Shown: one piece after another, positions 62,104-64,000 of the stretch | Layout: each line of letters starts with the position of its first letter | Position numbering within the stretch: the first letter of the stretch is position 1 | Source: an uncultured Hyphomicrobiales bacterium | Lineage (GTDB): Bacteria; Pseudomonadota; Alphaproteobacteria; Rhizobiales; Xanthobacteraceae | Assembly (NCBI GenBank): GCA_964479515.1 | Contig: CAYZMR010000001.1 | Location: 6,498-70,497, forward strand | Direction: 5' to 3' | Length of the DNA: 64,000 nucleotides | Made by a program: the position numbers and the translations under genes | The notes under the pieces: generated by a model | The model's input: only the letters and a program-made list of their open reading frames with translations | Told to the model about the DNA's origin: nothing | Databases searched by the model: none

Positions 62104-63225
62104 ATGCTCGCAAGGCTGCTTGCGCCGTGTCTCGGCGCGTTCCTGGCCGCGCTACTCGCGGCCGTTCCAGCCCGCGCCCAGCAGGAATTCAAAATTGGTG
62201 TCGTGATGTCGCTGTCCGGTGGTTTCGTCGCCGCCGCGAAGGACACGATGGACGGCGTACAGGCTTGGCTCAAGGCGCGCGGGCTGCCCGGCAAGAAGGT
62301 GACTTTCGAAGTCCTTGACGACGAGACCAATCCGGTGAGCGCCGTGAATGCGTTCCGCCGTCTCGCCGACAATCCCGACATCAAGCTGATCTACCTGTTC
62401 ATCAATTCCTCCTCGGCGCTGGCGGTGAAGTCGCTCGCCTCCGAGTTCAAGGTGCCGATCGTCTCCGGCGGCGCCGCGGACGCGCTCGGCTTTCCGCCCG
62501 ACCCGTACCTGTTCAAGGTCGCGCCCGGCATCCGCGATTTCATGACCGTGCTCGCGCAGTACGCGCAGAAGAAGGGCTACAAGCGAGTCGCGCTGCTCAA
62601 CATGACCGACGCGTTCGGACAGAACGAGGCCAAGTTCTTCAAGGAGCTCGCGCCGCAGTACGGCATCGAGGTGGTGGCGGCCGAAACCATGGGCGTCGAG
62701 GACACGAACTTCAACGCGCAGCTCACCAAGATCCGCGCGTCGCGTCCGGACATGATCTACAACGGCGGCTCGAGCCGCGTCGCGATCCTCTCCTGGAAGC
62801 AGATCAAGCAGCTCGGCATCAACCAGCCGCTGATCGTCACCCAGGCGGCGGTGAGCAAGGCCTTCTTCGATGCCATCGGCGGCGCGAAGGAAGCCGACGG
62901 CCTGATGACCCCGATCCAGCTCGGCTCGTTCGGCGAGGCGGCCGGCGGTGACATGGCGCGGCTCTACAAGGAGCTCAAGGCGGCGATGCCGACGCAGGTC
63001 GTCTATTTCGCGACCTTCGGCTATGACGTCGGCCTGATCACCGAGGCCGCGGTGATGAACTCCGATGGCACCCGCGAGGGCATCCGTAACGCACTCGAGA
63101 AGATCAAGGACCTGCCGGGCGTCAACGGGCCGATCACCTATTCGCCGCAGGACCACACGGGACAGAATTTCCGCTCCATCGGCATCGGCAGGCTGGTCGA
63201 CGGAACGCCGGTGCTGGCGGATTAG
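62104..63225 (+). CDS. ABC transporter substrate-binding protein (LivK type)
   Basis: ATG 62104 inside track ORF 61945..63225, with signal peptide LLAALLAAVPARA. Confidence 0.9.
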   Translation: MLARLLAPCLGAFLAALLAAVPARAQQEFKIGVVMSLSGGFVAAAKDTMDGVQAWLKARGLPGKKVTFEVLDDETNPVSAVNAFRRLADNPDIKLIYLFINSSSALAVKSLASEFKVPIVSGGAADALGFPPDPYLFKVAPGIRDFMTVLAQYAQKKGYKRVALLNMTDAFGQNEAKFFKELAPQYGIEVVAAETMGVEDTNFNAQLTKIRASRPDMIYNGGSSRVAILSWKQIKQLGINQPLIVTQAAVSKAFFDAIGGAKEADGLMTPIQLGSFGEAAGGDMARLYKELKAAMPTQVVYFATFGYDVGLITEAAVMNSDGTREGIRNALEKIKDLPGVNGPITYSPQDHTGQNFRSIGIGRLVDGTPVLAD

Positions 63226-63230
63226 TGTAG

Positions 63231-63331
63231 CCGTCACCCTGAGGTGCGCGCGAAGCGCGCCTCGAAGGGCGACGGCGGTGGCCGTGCATCCTTCGAGGGC
63301 CGTGCTTCGCACGGCCGCCTCAGGATGACGG
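63231..63331. repeat. REP/MITE-like element, family 4 (101 bp)
   Basis: Termini ccgtcaccctgagg...cctcaggatgacgg (one mismatch) with internal hairpins (gcgcgcgaagcgcgc; ccgtgcttcgcacgg). Only one copy in this window. Confidence 0.5.
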
Positions 63332-63353
63332 AATAATGGTCGAGTCGGCGCGC

Positions 63354-64000
63354 ATGGACCTCTTCGTCTTCTTCCAGCTCTTGTTGCCGGGGCTGACGAC
63401 GGGCTGCGTCTATGCACTGGTGGCACTCGGATTCGTGCTCACCGCCAATGTCTCGGGCGTCGTAAACTTTGCCCAGGGCGAGTACGTGATGCTCGGCGGT
63501 ATTCTGTCGGCTTGGCTGCTCGCCGAGCATGTGCCGCTCGCGCTCGCGATCCTCATCGCGACGCTTGCGTGTGCGGCGCTTGGCGCCTTGCAGGAGCGTC
63601 TTACGCTCGCCCCGGTGCGCCATTCGCCGCACTTCATCCGTATCACCATCACGCTCGGCGTCGCCGTGGTGCTGCGCGGCATCGCGCTGATCGCGTTCGG
63701 CAAGGACCCGCTCAGCCTGCCGGGCTTTTCCGGAGACGGCATCTTCGAACTGTTCGGCGCGATCCTTCCGGTGCAGAGCCTGTGGGTCTGGGGCGCGACC
63801 ACGGCGCTGCTCGCCGCCACCTATGGGTTCCTCAAACACACGGACACCGGCCGCGCGGTGCGCGCCTGCTCGATCAATCCGCAGGCCGCTCGGCTGATGG
63901 GCGTCAACATCGAGCGGCTGACGCCTTTGGTGTTCGCGGTCGCGGGCGGGACCGGAGCGCTCGCCGGCATCGTCATCACGCCGATCGTACTCGCCAATTG
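63354..64000 (+). CDS. branched-chain amino acid ABC transporter permease (LivH type), 3' end outside window
   Basis: Open frame to the window end. MDLFVFFQLLLPGLTTGCVYALVALGFVL. An upstream in-frame ATG at 63336 is an alternative start. Confidence 0.85.
   Translation, partial: MDLFVFFQLLLPGLTTGCVYALVALGFVLTANVSGVVNFAQGEYVMLGGILSAWLLAEHVPLALAILIATLACAALGALQERLTLAPVRHSPHFIRITITLGVAVVLRGIALIAFGKDPLSLPGFSGDGIFELFGAILPVQSLWVWGATTALLAATYGFLKHTDTGRAVRACSINPQAARLMGVNIERLTPLVFAVAGGTGALAGIVITPIVLAN

Noticed and set aside
41769-63331. Could the recurrent palindromic repeats be a CRISPR array?
   Set aside because: The copies are kilobases apart at gene junctions, differ in length and family, and have terminal inverted repeats. 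There are no regularly spaced direct repeats with short spacers and no cas genes in the window.

Overview
Gene-dense, high-GC chromosomal segment (my hand counts of ordinary stretches give roughly mid-60s % G+C). By inference it is alphaproteobacterial, closest to Bradyrhizobiaceae/Nitrobacteraceae, based on protein families, yggT-yggU-folD synteny and typical short palindromic intergenic repeats. I call about 62 protein genes, one tRNA-Ala(CGC), nine copies of REP/MITE-like palindromic repeats in five related families, and a few terminator or operator-like sites. I saw no rRNA, CRISPR, transposase, integrase or phage genes. Layout: (1) 1-5.8 kb holds signalling and stress genes: an EAL protein, a PAS hybrid kinase, a GSP26-like protein, an M50-CBS protease, and Tat-PhoD with a Pho-box-like repeat. 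(2) 5.9-10.1 kb holds a B12-type radical SAM gene divergent from a translationally coupled trio of an Lgt-like membrane transferase, a Cys-rich MJ0619/Tes-like radical SAM enzyme and an 88-aa two-TM protein. This is my best candidate for an undescribed system, possibly lipid or lipoprotein tailoring. (3) 10.2-18 kb is housekeeping: typA, GNAT, folD, yggU, yggT, tRNA-Ala, MFS, GATase, SDR, TerB. (4) 18.3-28.9 kb holds an ECF sigma, a membrane protein and a periplasmic sensor, directly followed by a nodT-mdtA-mdtB-mdtC type RND operon. (5) 28.9-64 kb looks like an accessory catabolic and transport region. It has three Liv-type ABC systems, an extradiol dioxygenase, a MetE-like protein, a GntR/SDR/ThDP/MaoC/cupin set, and a Rieske/amidohydrolase_2 set. 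It also has a DHDPS-like/hyuA/hyuB/orphan form-II-CoxL-like operon, a dihydropyrimidinase, an isochorismatase-like hydrolase, and an H-NS-like gene in a lower-GC patch. Palindromic repeats sit at most operon junctions in this region. Internal start codons were placed by indexing into the supplied ORF track. Novelty cannot be verified without database searches.
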